Of a stretch of 64,000 bases of DNA, positions 27,104 through 34,395 are shown one piece after another. The stretch is from the NCBI GenBank assembly GCA_937922745.1, contig CALAJO010000033.1, forward strand, positions 2,250 to 66,249, read 5' to 3'. The notes beneath the pieces were generated by a model, which saw only the letters and a list, made by a program, of their open reading frames with translations, was not told the DNA's origin and ran no database searches. Source of the stretch: an uncultured cyanobacterium. GTDB taxonomy: Bacteria > Cyanobacteriota > Vampirovibrionia > Vampirovibrionales > JAGQHJ01. How positions within the stretch are numbered: the first letter of the stretch is position 1; each line of letters starts with the position of its first letter. The translations under genes and the position numbers were made by a program.

Positions 27104-27564
27104 GGGGCAATTCCTTTTTCTTGAATCCACCCAGGTGGAATGTGCTTGTCTGCATACTGAAAGCCGTGCTTTTCGCACCACATGGCGTAGGTGGTGTTGG
27201 ATTTCTTGGAAATACGGCTTTTGGAATAGTTGAAGACAAAGCGGATATCCAGCTCAGGGCGTTGTTGTTTAATAAGCAGGTGCTTTTGCCGGTCCGCTGT
27301 CACAAAGCGGCCTTTGGTCTCCACGATAATGCCGTTGGGCAGAATAAAATCCGGGGTGTAGCGGCACTTCTTTTCCGGGCGGATATATTCGATGGAGAGC
27401 GATTCAAACGAAAAGGCGACTCCTTGAGCCGCCAATTCGTCTGCAATTTTTTCCTCAAGCCCGGAACGCCATCCCTCCTGGAGACCTTTGGCTCCAGAAT
27501 TTTTGGGTTTACGAGAAAGCCCAGGAAAAGGGGTCGAACGACCCTTAGAAGTCCGCTTCATCAT
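27100..27564 (-). CDS. Endonuclease I / Holliday-junction resolvase (T7 gp3 analogue)
   Basis: YTPDFILPNGIIVETKG...RQKHLLIKQ matches the T7 endonuclease I core. Start taken at MMKRTSKG. Confidence 0.85.
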   Translation of the reverse strand: MMKRTSKGRSTPFPGLSRKPKNSGAKGLQEGWRSGLEEKIADELAAQGVAFSFESLSIEYIRPEKKCRYTPDFILPNGIIVETKGRFVTADRQKHLLIKQQRPELDIRFVFNYSKSRISKKSNTTYAMWCEKHGFQYADKHIPPGWIQEKGIAP

Positions 27565-28180
27565 CCGAGGGCTCTTCAGTGGCTTCCGTGCCTGCTTGGG
27601 TATAGCCGGTTTCCACACCAAAGCCGAACTTGTCGGCACTTTGGCCCAGATATTCCACCAGCTCGATAATCTGAACGGCTTTTAACCGGAGGGTGACACC
27701 GGCTCCCACCAGATCGGTATGATACGGGGAGATGTCGGCACACACTTTGATTCGGCTACCACTGCCAATCCGAATATCTTTGGAAACAATGGGTGTTCCA
27801 GCGGCGTCAAAGAGCTTGGGTCTCAGTTCAATGGGTTCACCACCATTGCGAGGCGTGACTTTGGCTTTGAGCTTGAAGTTGAACTGAATGTCCACAGTCT
27901 CGTTGCCATCATCATCCGTCACCTCAAAATAGGGCGGCTTGGCCATTTGAATCTTCTTGGCCTTTTGTGGATTTTCTTTCTTAGCCTTCTCCAGGGAATC
28001 GGTCATAGCGGCATCAATGGCCTTCATCATCTCCTGGGCCTCGGTGGCGGATAACAACAACCCCACACGGTACTCACCATCCGAATCAAACTTGGTATCC
28101 GGGCGGGTGAGAAACGGATAGGACGCCGTACCAATCGGGGAAACGAGTTGAACGGCTTTTTCTTTAACTTTCGACGGCAT
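27545..28180 (-). CDS. ssDNA-binding protein (T7 gp2.5 analogue)
   Basis: It sits between RNAP and endonuclease I. It has an acidic C-terminal tail ending in Phe (EATEEPSDDEADF), as in gp2.5. The ATG at 28180 is preceded by AAAGGAGA. Confidence 0.7.
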   Translation of the reverse strand: MPSKVKEKAVQLVSPIGTASYPFLTRPDTKFDSDGEYRVGLLLSATEAQEMMKAIDAAMTDSLEKAKKENPQKAKKIQMAKPPYFEVTDDDGNETVDIQFNFKLKAKVTPRNGGEPIELRPKLFDAAGTPIVSKDIRIGSGSRIKVCADISPYHTDLVGAGVTLRLKAVQIIELVEYLGQSADKFGFGVETGYTQAGTEATEEPSDDEADF

Positions 28181-28196
28181 AATAACGGTCTCCTTT

Positions 28197-28220
28197 TCGT
28201 TCCTTAGTAGGGGAATATTC
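28197..28220 (-). promoter_or_regulatory. Phage RNAP promoter P1 (GAATATTCCCCTACTAAGGAACGA)
   Basis: One of four near-identical 24-mers. It is 17 nt upstream of the SSB start and resembles the T3 promoter AATTAACCCTCACTAAAGGGAGA. Confidence 0.6.
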
Positions 28221-28232
28221 AATGTTGTAATA

Positions 28233-28248
28233 AATTCAAAATTGAATT
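28233..28248. promoter_or_regulatory. Palindromic operator AATTCAA-AA-TTGAATT
   Basis: Perfect 7-bp inverted arms located 12 bp upstream of P1. It belongs to the TTCAAAATTGAA family found before the early genes. Confidence 0.4.
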
Positions 28249-28251
28249 AAT

Positions 28252-30732
28252 TTAAGCAAAGAAAAACGCACTCTGCTTGACGGCCTCCAGATCCAGTTGG
28301 CCTTTAGGCGGAATGGGCGGTACTTTGCCGGTGTGTTTCTCAGATAACAGGTCCAAGAGTTCCGCTCGAAACTTCTCCAGGACATCATCCTGGTACATGG
28401 TGACAAAGACATCCCGGATACACTGAGCGGAAATCTCGGTATCAGCGGCCAGGGTCCCGTAACTGTCATGAACCAGCGAAAAGCTTTCAATCCCTCGTTT
28501 CACCGCCTCGCAAATATAGAGATGCAAGGCGGCTGCATCCATAGAGTGAACAAAGTTAGGACTGATGCCATTGGCTTGCCTGCGGATATCAATCACATGA
28601 TTGCCTTCCTGAAGGGAAAGCTTGATGAGGCGTCCGCTCAACTGGGTATCGATTTGCCGTGACTTCAGCTCATGGTAGACCTGCTGAACCGGAAACCCGG
28701 ACGGTGTGGTCCAATTGATGGGGAGCCCTTCCTTGGCTGCCAATGAGGCCACTTTCCGAAGCCAGTCCATAGCGTTTCGGGCGGCCACAACAACTTCGCC
28801 AATGCTATCCCAGACAATGCCTGCCAGATATTCCGAGGCTTCAAAGATGCGATCCCGTTCCGGCAAGGCAAAGATATTCTCTTGGCCTTTGCTGATGCAC
28901 TCCCGAAGGTACTCTTCGATGTACTCCCGGCAGGCATAGCGGGTTCCACCATAGGGCAGAATCATCACAGGGCGCTTGGTGATATTGCGATTGACACCCA
29001 ATTGAATCCATTTTTTTGCTAATTCGGATTCAGGATCATGGGTTTCAACGGCCTGATGGAGCTTTTCCAGCACCACATCGGCCACCCGTTGGTAAATATC
29101 CTGAGGTTGCTCTGATGGAATCAGGTTGACGGCTTCCCCGCCAATATGATCCCGAAGCATGGCGGAAAAGTGTTGGAGGCCGTTGCAACTGCCATCCAGG
29201 GCAATGGGAAGATGGGAGACAAACCCGTATCCCTGTTTGAGAAAGCCTGCCCATTCAAAGCAGAAAGCCAGAAACTGCCAGGGCTTATCCGCCTCAGTCC
29301 ATTCCAGGTTAGACAGCGGATCGTCTGCCACCCGGCAGATGTCATCGTTCATGGCTTCAATGAACTGAACCCGCTCATCCAGACTGACTTTATCGTGACC
29401 ATACACGTTGGCTCCCTGAATGGCCAGCCAGTGGGCGGCTTTTTCGGTCTCAATGGGCTTGCCATGAGCAAAGGTCAGCAAGGCTTTGGCCAAATCGGTT
29501 CCCTGGGGATTGAGGAAATTGGGTATCGGGTAAACCCGGCCCCGGAAATCGAGCATGTGGGGAAAATAGATCTCCGGCTCGTCCTTGAATTTATCAGCCA
29601 GATAGAGAATTTTACTGAACATGAGCCGTTTTGAACGGTTGACGATGTTTTGCTCATAGACATAGGCGGCCTGACGCTTCCAATCTCTGAGTATGCTTTT
29701 CTGCTCTTCCGTCATCTCATCGATTTTCAGATCTTTTGGAAGCTGGCACGGAACAGGCATGCGGTCATCCCGGAATGGGAGATTTCCTACCTGGGTATCG
29801 CTGGCCCAAATTTCCTTGAGAATGGACAAGACATCGGTGTTTACTCTCCAGGCGGTTTGTTGAACCAGGTTTAAAGCCTGATACACAATGGGCATCGGGA
29901 TGTGTTTCAGCTCTTCCATATAAGTTCTGGAATACGTTTTGACGATGCGAGGTTTTCGTATCAACGAGCTGTAATACCCGCCCGATGTTGGGTTTGTCCA
30001 TTCTTTGGGCGGCACAATCATGGGATAAAACTGAGGCGACAATAATTCGTTATGGGCGTTGGCCTCACTAATCCAATCCATTGTTTTCTGGGTGGCCACC
30101 AGATAGTAAGGCGTATTATTTTTGCTTTCAGTGAGTTTGACGATTTCTACCAGTCCGGTGGACTCGATAAACAGATCAATGCATTTCATCCCGATATGAA
30201 GCTTGTCAACCAGTGGCCAAGGCTCCCAGTCGATGCCATCCTTGTTCATCGAATGAATGAGAACGGTTCGTTTGTAGCTATAGGATGATTTCGCCTGAAC
30301 CCGGTTATAGACACTCTGGTAAAATGCCCTGTTTTCCTTGGCAAAATAGCTGAACCGGAGTTCATCTTCCAGGTTATTGACGATATTGACCGCCACATGT
30401 TGCAGCTTGAGACGCTTGGTAATGGAGTTTAATACAGACTTGGCCGCAATAAAAGCGATGATATCCGACTCCAACAGGCTGAGATAAGTGGCTGCAACCT
30501 GGGGACGGCCCACTTTAACCACTTCCTGAGTTTGGATATAGTCCTCTATCGCTTTCGAGAAGGGATCAAAGGTTTCTTTGAGCAAACGAAGGCCAGTAGG
30601 TGTGGTCGTCTCCATATTGCTCTCGTTGGCCTTTTGCTGAATATTGCGATACCGGGTTATACTTGACTCCAGCATTTCCTCTTCAAGCTTCAATTGCCGG
30701 TCAAGTTTGGATTCAACAGTGTTTGTATTCAT
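28252..30732 (-). CDS. Single-subunit DNA-directed RNA polymerase (T7 gp1 analogue)
   Basis: 826 aa. Contains DGSCNGLQHFSAMLRD (motif A), TKRPVMILPYGGT (motif B), LVHDSYGT (motif C) and a C-terminal ...SAFFFA, comparable to the T7 ...FAFA end. Confidence 0.97.
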   Translation of the reverse strand: MNTNTVESKLDRQLKLEEEMLESSITRYRNIQQKANESNMETTTPTGLRLLKETFDPFSKAIEDYIQTQEVVKVGRPQVAATYLSLLESDIIAFIAAKSVLNSITKRLKLQHVAVNIVNNLEDELRFSYFAKENRAFYQSVYNRVQAKSSYSYKRTVLIHSMNKDGIDWEPWPLVDKLHIGMKCIDLFIESTGLVEIVKLTESKNNTPYYLVATQKTMDWISEANAHNELLSPQFYPMIVPPKEWTNPTSGGYYSSLIRKPRIVKTYSRTYMEELKHIPMPIVYQALNLVQQTAWRVNTDVLSILKEIWASDTQVGNLPFRDDRMPVPCQLPKDLKIDEMTEEQKSILRDWKRQAAYVYEQNIVNRSKRLMFSKILYLADKFKDEPEIYFPHMLDFRGRVYPIPNFLNPQGTDLAKALLTFAHGKPIETEKAAHWLAIQGANVYGHDKVSLDERVQFIEAMNDDICRVADDPLSNLEWTEADKPWQFLAFCFEWAGFLKQGYGFVSHLPIALDGSCNGLQHFSAMLRDHIGGEAVNLIPSEQPQDIYQRVADVVLEKLHQAVETHDPESELAKKWIQLGVNRNITKRPVMILPYGGTRYACREYIEEYLRECISKGQENIFALPERDRIFEASEYLAGIVWDSIGEVVVAARNAMDWLRKVASLAAKEGLPINWTTPSGFPVQQVYHELKSRQIDTQLSGRLIKLSLQEGNHVIDIRRQANGISPNFVHSMDAAALHLYICEAVKRGIESFSLVHDSYGTLAADTEISAQCIRDVFVTMYQDDVLEKFRAELLDLLSEKHTGKVPPIPPKGQLDLEAVKQSAFFFA

Positions 30733-30769
30733 GGCTCATACTCCTTTGGTTCACTAACGTGTGTTGCCC

Positions 30770-30793
30770 TCGTTCCTTAGTAGGGGGAAATTC
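30770..30793 (-). promoter_or_regulatory. Phage RNAP promoter P2 (GAATTTCCCCCTACTAAGGAACGA) upstream of the RNAP gene
   Basis: 22/24 identical to P1 and 38 nt upstream of the RNAP ATG. Confidence 0.6.
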
Positions 30794-30821
30794 AAAATTG
30801 AAATTGATTCAAAATTGAATT
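30789..30821. promoter_or_regulatory. Two tandem operators (AATTCAAAATTGAAATT and GATTCAAAATTGAATT) overlapping the upstream edge of P2
   Basis: Same TTCAAAATTGAA core as 28233-28248. The first copy shares its left arm with positions -17 to -13 of P2. Confidence 0.4.
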
Positions 30822-30921
30822 AAATTACCCAAAAAAAGAGCACCCAAGGGCTATATGCCCAAAGGAGATATCGTATAAACGTGTAAAAGCTTTAATTGAG
30901 AGGATTTACAGGCAGGTTATG

Positions 30922-31299
30922 CTATTTTTTCTTGCTTTTCTTGGCTTCAACCAGTTCTTTTTCCTCAAGAAGACTCAGTAACTGGTCTCTAACCTCTTCC
31001 CCCTTCTTGGTAAGGAATGCAATCTTGCGAACTCGGTTTTCCGGGTCTTCCTCGGTAGCCAATAAACCAAAGCCCTGTTCATAGCGATCCCGCTTGTAAA
31101 ATGCACGGCTTAGGGCAGACACATGACGGTGAACGGTGACTTGAGGCAAGTTCAAGCGCTCTCCAATCTGAGTCAACGGGATCCGCTCGTGATAACACAC
31201 AACGAAAAAGACGCCTGCCATTTCCAGGCTCATCTTGGGATAAATATCCCTGAGAGCGTCAATCACTCTCAACTGTTTGACAAATTCCTGTTCGAACAT
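30922..31299 (-). CDS. MarR-family winged-helix transcriptional regulator
   Basis: IPLTQIGERLNLPQVTVHRHVSAL (HTH) followed by a wing (...ATEEDPENRVRKIAFLTKKGEEV). The ATG at 31299 is preceded by GAGAAAGAG. Confidence 0.75.
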   Translation of the reverse strand: MFEQEFVKQLRVIDALRDIYPKMSLEMAGVFFVVCYHERIPLTQIGERLNLPQVTVHRHVSALSRAFYKRDRYEQGFGLLATEEDPENRVRKIAFLTKKGEEVRDQLLSLLEEKELVEAKKSKKK

Positions 31300-31313
31300 G
31301 GCGGCTCTTTCTC

Positions 31314-31344
31314 GCAAAATTGAAATTATTACAGAATTGAATCC
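31314..31344. promoter_or_regulatory. Two degenerate operator copies (GCAAAATTGAAATT, CAGAATTGAATCC) upstream of the MarR-like gene
   Basis: They carry the AAATTGAA half-site of the operator family and lie immediately upstream of the regulator start, so autoregulation is plausible. Confidence 0.3.
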
Positions 31345-31418
31345 ATTATATCAAAAAGGGGGTCGAGTGTATTATTCCCTCAGGGCAGGGGAGTTAATCC
31401 CCCCTGAATGAAGGAATG

Positions 31419-31631
31419 TTACACATCCCAACATTTGAGATACTCATAACGTGGTGTTGCCCTGGTGATTCCTGTTATGGTGAGGGCTTGAGGAACCATC
31501 TCTGTTGGGATTTCCCAAAAGCCACCCGTGCAATAGGTTTTCCAGGAGTAATACCCTTGCGGTTTTTCAGGCAACAGGGCAAAGAGTTTTTGTCTTGCCC
31601 TGTGAGATGCACAACGAATCAGTGTTTTCAT
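31419..31631 (-). CDS. Hypothetical protein (70 aa)
   Basis: ORF in line with the early operon. No motif recognised. Confidence 0.3.
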   Translation of the reverse strand: MKTLIRCASHRARQKLFALLPEKPQGYYSWKTYCTGGFWEIPTEMVPQALTITGITRATPRYEYLKCWDV

Positions 31632-31646
31632 ACCATGCCCTCCTGA

Positions 31647-32042
31647 TTAATACTCTTCCGGCAACAAAACAACGGTTTGAGCCATCGGATCATAGGCTCC
31701 TGAAGTCTCATTGATGGCCCAGAATTTCAAGCCCTCTGTGAGGTCCGTATAGTCGATGTCCTGTTGAATCAGGGTTTTATAGTGGTGGTTACCTTCCTGG
31801 TCGTATTCTTCCTGTTGAATGGTAAAGACAGCGCTTTGATCCGGCTTTACCCCAACCGTGACAATCAGGAAGTAATCAACGCCTTTACGCTTGGCTAGTG
31901 TGGGAACATAAGAGGCGATGGTATCCATAACCCAAAAGCATTTGTTTCGCTCACAGTAGGCCATTACCCCACCCGTAGTGATCCAATGCTTTGCAAAGGG
32001 GCTGAAACGGTAGTAAACATCCTGTTGGTATTGTGTATTCAT
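31647..32042 (-). CDS. Hypothetical protein, possibly the DUF6876 type that accompanies ArdC on plasmids
   Basis: The ATG at 32042 is preceded by AAAGGAG. The pattern YYRFSP...ITTGGVMAYCERNKCFWVMDTIASY recalls the ArdC-adjacent family. The assignment is from memory only. Confidence 0.5.
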   Translation of the reverse strand: MNTQYQQDVYYRFSPFAKHWITTGGVMAYCERNKCFWVMDTIASYVPTLAKRKGVDYFLIVTVGVKPDQSAVFTIQQEEYDQEGNHHYKTLIQQDIDYTDLTEGLKFWAINETSGAYDPMAQTVVLLPEEY

Positions 32043-32080
32043 GGCAATGCTCCTTTTCACGTTGAGGGAAGAGACAGCCC

Positions 32081-32959
32081 TTAGGCTGCCTCCTCCATTT
32101 CTTCTGACACTTCGGCTTTGATGATGAACTGATGGGCCTTGCTGGCCTCGGTGGCTGCCTTAAAGATGGCCTTTTTGTCGTTCTTTAGCACTCTGAGCCA
32201 TGAGGCAATGTAAGCGTCATGCTGTACTTGCCCTTCAAGCCCCAGATCGGCAAACAGGAAAGCCGATCCCATTTCGGCTATGAGTTCCTCAAAGGCATAG
32301 GCTTCATCCCCAAAGCGTCCCTTAAAGTCTCTGTTTAACCGGGAATGGTGGCCTGTCCAGTGGGTTAGCTCATGAAACAGGGTGCAATAGTAATCCCCTG
32401 AGTTCTTGAACCGTTCCTTTTTGGGCATGCTGATGAAATCAAAGCTTGGAGAGTAACAAGCCCTGATGCCTACCGATTCAAAGCGTAGATCGGCTTTACT
32501 GGCCTGGATAATCTCCTCAATGCGTTGAATGTCTTCCCATGTTTGCTCACGCTTTACGGGTGGTGTGAGGTCAATCCCTTCACATTGATCCAGGTTGAAC
32601 ACGTTATACCACTTGAGAAACGGGATCCGCTTGTGCTTGCCGTCTTCTTCCTTATCCAGGAAGTTCCAGTAAACAACGGTCGTGGCTTTTTCACCACGAA
32701 TCACATTGCCTCCCATCTGTTCGGCTTGTTTGTAGGAAACCCAGGCATTGGCTTGATAGCCTTTTTCTTGTTGTGTAGCCCAGAGAATGGGAATATTGAT
32801 GCCACGATAGGAAAAGCCGGTTTTGAGGTTGTAAGGGATACCCTCAAACCCTCCATAACTGCTTTGATCCCAAGGGCATTTCCAGGGTCTTACGCCTTGT
32901 TCCAGGGATTGAATGATCTTGTCGGTGATCTCCTGGTAGAGGTCTCGTTTTTGGGTCAT
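32081..32959 (-). CDS. ArdC-like antirestriction protein (N-terminal ssDNA-binding domain plus C-terminal zincin metalloprotease)
   Basis: DLYQEITDKIIQSLEQG..PW...YRGINIPILW is DUF1738/ArdC-N-like, and HELTHWTGH is a zincin HExxH. The ATG at 32959 is preceded by AAAGGAG. Confidence 0.85.
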   Translation of the reverse strand: MTQKRDLYQEITDKIIQSLEQGVRPWKCPWDQSSYGGFEGIPYNLKTGFSYRGINIPILWATQQEKGYQANAWVSYKQAEQMGGNVIRGEKATTVVYWNFLDKEEDGKHKRIPFLKWYNVFNLDQCEGIDLTPPVKREQTWEDIQRIEEIIQASKADLRFESVGIRACYSPSFDFISMPKKERFKNSGDYYCTLFHELTHWTGHHSRLNRDFKGRFGDEAYAFEELIAEMGSAFLFADLGLEGQVQHDAYIASWLRVLKNDKKAIFKAATEASKAHQFIIKAEVSEEMEEAA

Positions 32960-32983
32960 GGTGTTTGCTCCTTTCATTTCATT

Positions 32984-33047
32984 GACTCAAAATTGAATGA
33001 AGTAACAGAATAATTGAATCAATTTTGAAATTAATTCAATATTGCAT
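32984..33047. promoter_or_regulatory. Cluster of 3-4 operator copies upstream of the ArdC gene (GACTCAAAATTGAATG; GAATCAATTTTGAAAT, inverted; AATTCAATATTGCAT)
   Basis: Same core as the other operators. It is followed upstream by two TTGACA/TTGACT boxes (33055-33080) that could be host-type early promoters. Confidence 0.35.
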
Positions 33048-33480
33048 GAATGTAGTCAAATAAAAATTTTGTCAACCCCTCAATTTTTTAAATTTATTGT
33101 TTGATTAAGTCAGAAGGTGCATAAACACCGCATATTGAACCCATGCAAAACATCACTTCACGATTCTTTAATTTCTCATAGGCAACAAAAGGGGAAGCCA
33201 TGGAACCCTGTCTTTGCTCTAAAAACAGGGCTCCAAGCATTGGAATTTTCAAATACAAGATCTCCATAATCACGCATACGACCTCATAACATTTTGAAAT
33301 TGCACCGCTTATATCGGCAATATTCCACAAAACTTTAATTTTTAAACACTTAAATAAAAGACTATGATAGAGTTTCAGAGATATAAGGATAACTATAGAT
33401 GTCTAAAACAGGCTAGAATAAAAGAAATGGGGCTTGCGTTTGATCAGATGGTCCTCAAAGAAGCCCATGAATACAGGACA

Positions 33481-33502
33481 AAGTGAGTAGAAACTGAGTA
33501 GT
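33481..33502 (+). repeat. Tandem 11-bp repeat AAGTGAGTAGA-AACTGAGTAGT (site B)
   Basis: Same unit, period and orientation as sites A and E, but located in the central control region rather than near att. Confidence 0.45.
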
Positions 33503-33834
33503 TTGTTATTCTATTCATCACCTGTAGAGCCTGAAAAGCCTTGTAATTCCTGAGTTTTCAATTTTAGACATCATCCCTTGTAAGGGTACTGTTTGCGATG
33601 GTGGCCAGTGTTGGGAGTCGATGGGGTAGAGGGGGGAAGCCGGTCAAAACGCTATCGATATAGGCTTTCACAAATTTTGACCAAATAATTGGGTCAATAA
33701 AAAGAAGGAAGGCAGTGAACGCCGTTAGGTGGACACTGCCTTTGAGTAGAGAGGCATGAGTGTGAAAGGAGCATGGTTAGGCTAATTATCAGATCAACTC
33801 TTTAATTAATATCTATATCTCTGTGTTTTTATCT

Positions 33835-33858
33835 CCCCTCCATAGTAGGGGAAAATTC
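33835..33858 (-). promoter_or_regulatory. Phage RNAP promoter P3 (GAATTTTCCCCTACTATGGAGGGG), leftward
   Basis: Member of the 24-mer family. It points into an AT-rich tract and the early module. Confidence 0.55.
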
Positions 33859-33872
33859 GGCGAGCGGGTTTT

Positions 33873-33896
33873 TAATTTCCCCCTACTATCGAGGGA
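33873..33896 (+). promoter_or_regulatory. Phage RNAP promoter P4 (TAATTTCCCCCTACTATCGAGGGA), rightward, in front of the structural module
   Basis: Inverted copy of P3 located 14 bp away. It ends 8 nt before the ATG at 33905. Confidence 0.55.
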
Positions 33897-33904
33897 AAAG
33901 AACT

Positions 33905-34093
33905 ATGCACGATGAATCATTTCCGTTTATACCCAAAGTGTTGCTCGATGAACTGAATGAACGCTACCCGGAACGATCTCCTGAATTGGAGTGGTCGGAC
34001 CGGGAAATCTGGCTTCGTGCCGGTGAACGTCGGGTCATTCGCTTTCTCAACGAGATGTTTAAACGACAGAACGAAAACATTCTGGAGAATTAA
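33905..34093 (+). CDS. Hypothetical protein (62 aa), first gene of the late module
   Basis: ATG directly downstream of P4. No motif recognised. Confidence 0.45.
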   Translation: MHDESFPFIPKVLLDELNERYPERSPELEWSDREIWLRAGERRVIRFLNEMFKRQNENILEN

Positions 34094-34096
34094 TTG

Positions 34097-34384
34097 ATGT
34101 GTTTATCAAAACCAAGCCCACCCAAGATTATTCAAGTCCCAGCGCCTAGCCGCTCTTCAGGAGGTGGGTCAGGTAGCGGTTCCAGCGCCAGTTCGGTCGC
34201 TTCACAAGTTCCACCTCCGCCACCGCCTCCAGAACCAACCCCGGAAGCACCGGTATTGAATGATGAGGAACGTCGAAGAAAATCAGATACCTCTATCCAG
34301 AGTGCTCAACGAAGTGGAACGAGAGCCTTTCGAATTGATTTACTGATTCCCGGCCCTGGGTCTGGACTCAATATTCCCTATTAA
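34097..34384 (+). CDS. Low-complexity Gly/Ser/Pro-rich small protein (hypothetical virion or assembly protein)
   Basis: MCLSKPSPPK..., then GGGSGSGSS and PPPPPPPEPTPEAP tracts. Confidence 0.4.
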   Translation: MCLSKPSPPKIIQVPAPSRSSGGGSGSGSSASSVASQVPPPPPPPEPTPEAPVLNDEERRRKSDTSIQSAQRSGTRAFRIDLLIPGPGSGLNIPY

Positions 34385-34395
34385 GGTGAGCCCCA

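Noticed and set aside
33094-33330. 78-aa minus-strand ORF in the central AT-rich region
   Set aside because: It starts only at TTG, with the first ATG 21 codons in, and has no RBS. The stretch contains several half-sites of the operator family (e.g. 33242-33253 and 33290-33303). It is more likely regulatory DNA than a gene, though it could still encode a small early protein.
28233-33502. Short repeated motifs as a possible CRISPR array or miniature transposon set
   Set aside because: The repeats are 11-16 bp, irregularly spaced over kilobases, and located in promoter regions. There is no repeat-spacer periodicity, no cas genes and no terminal inverted repeats.
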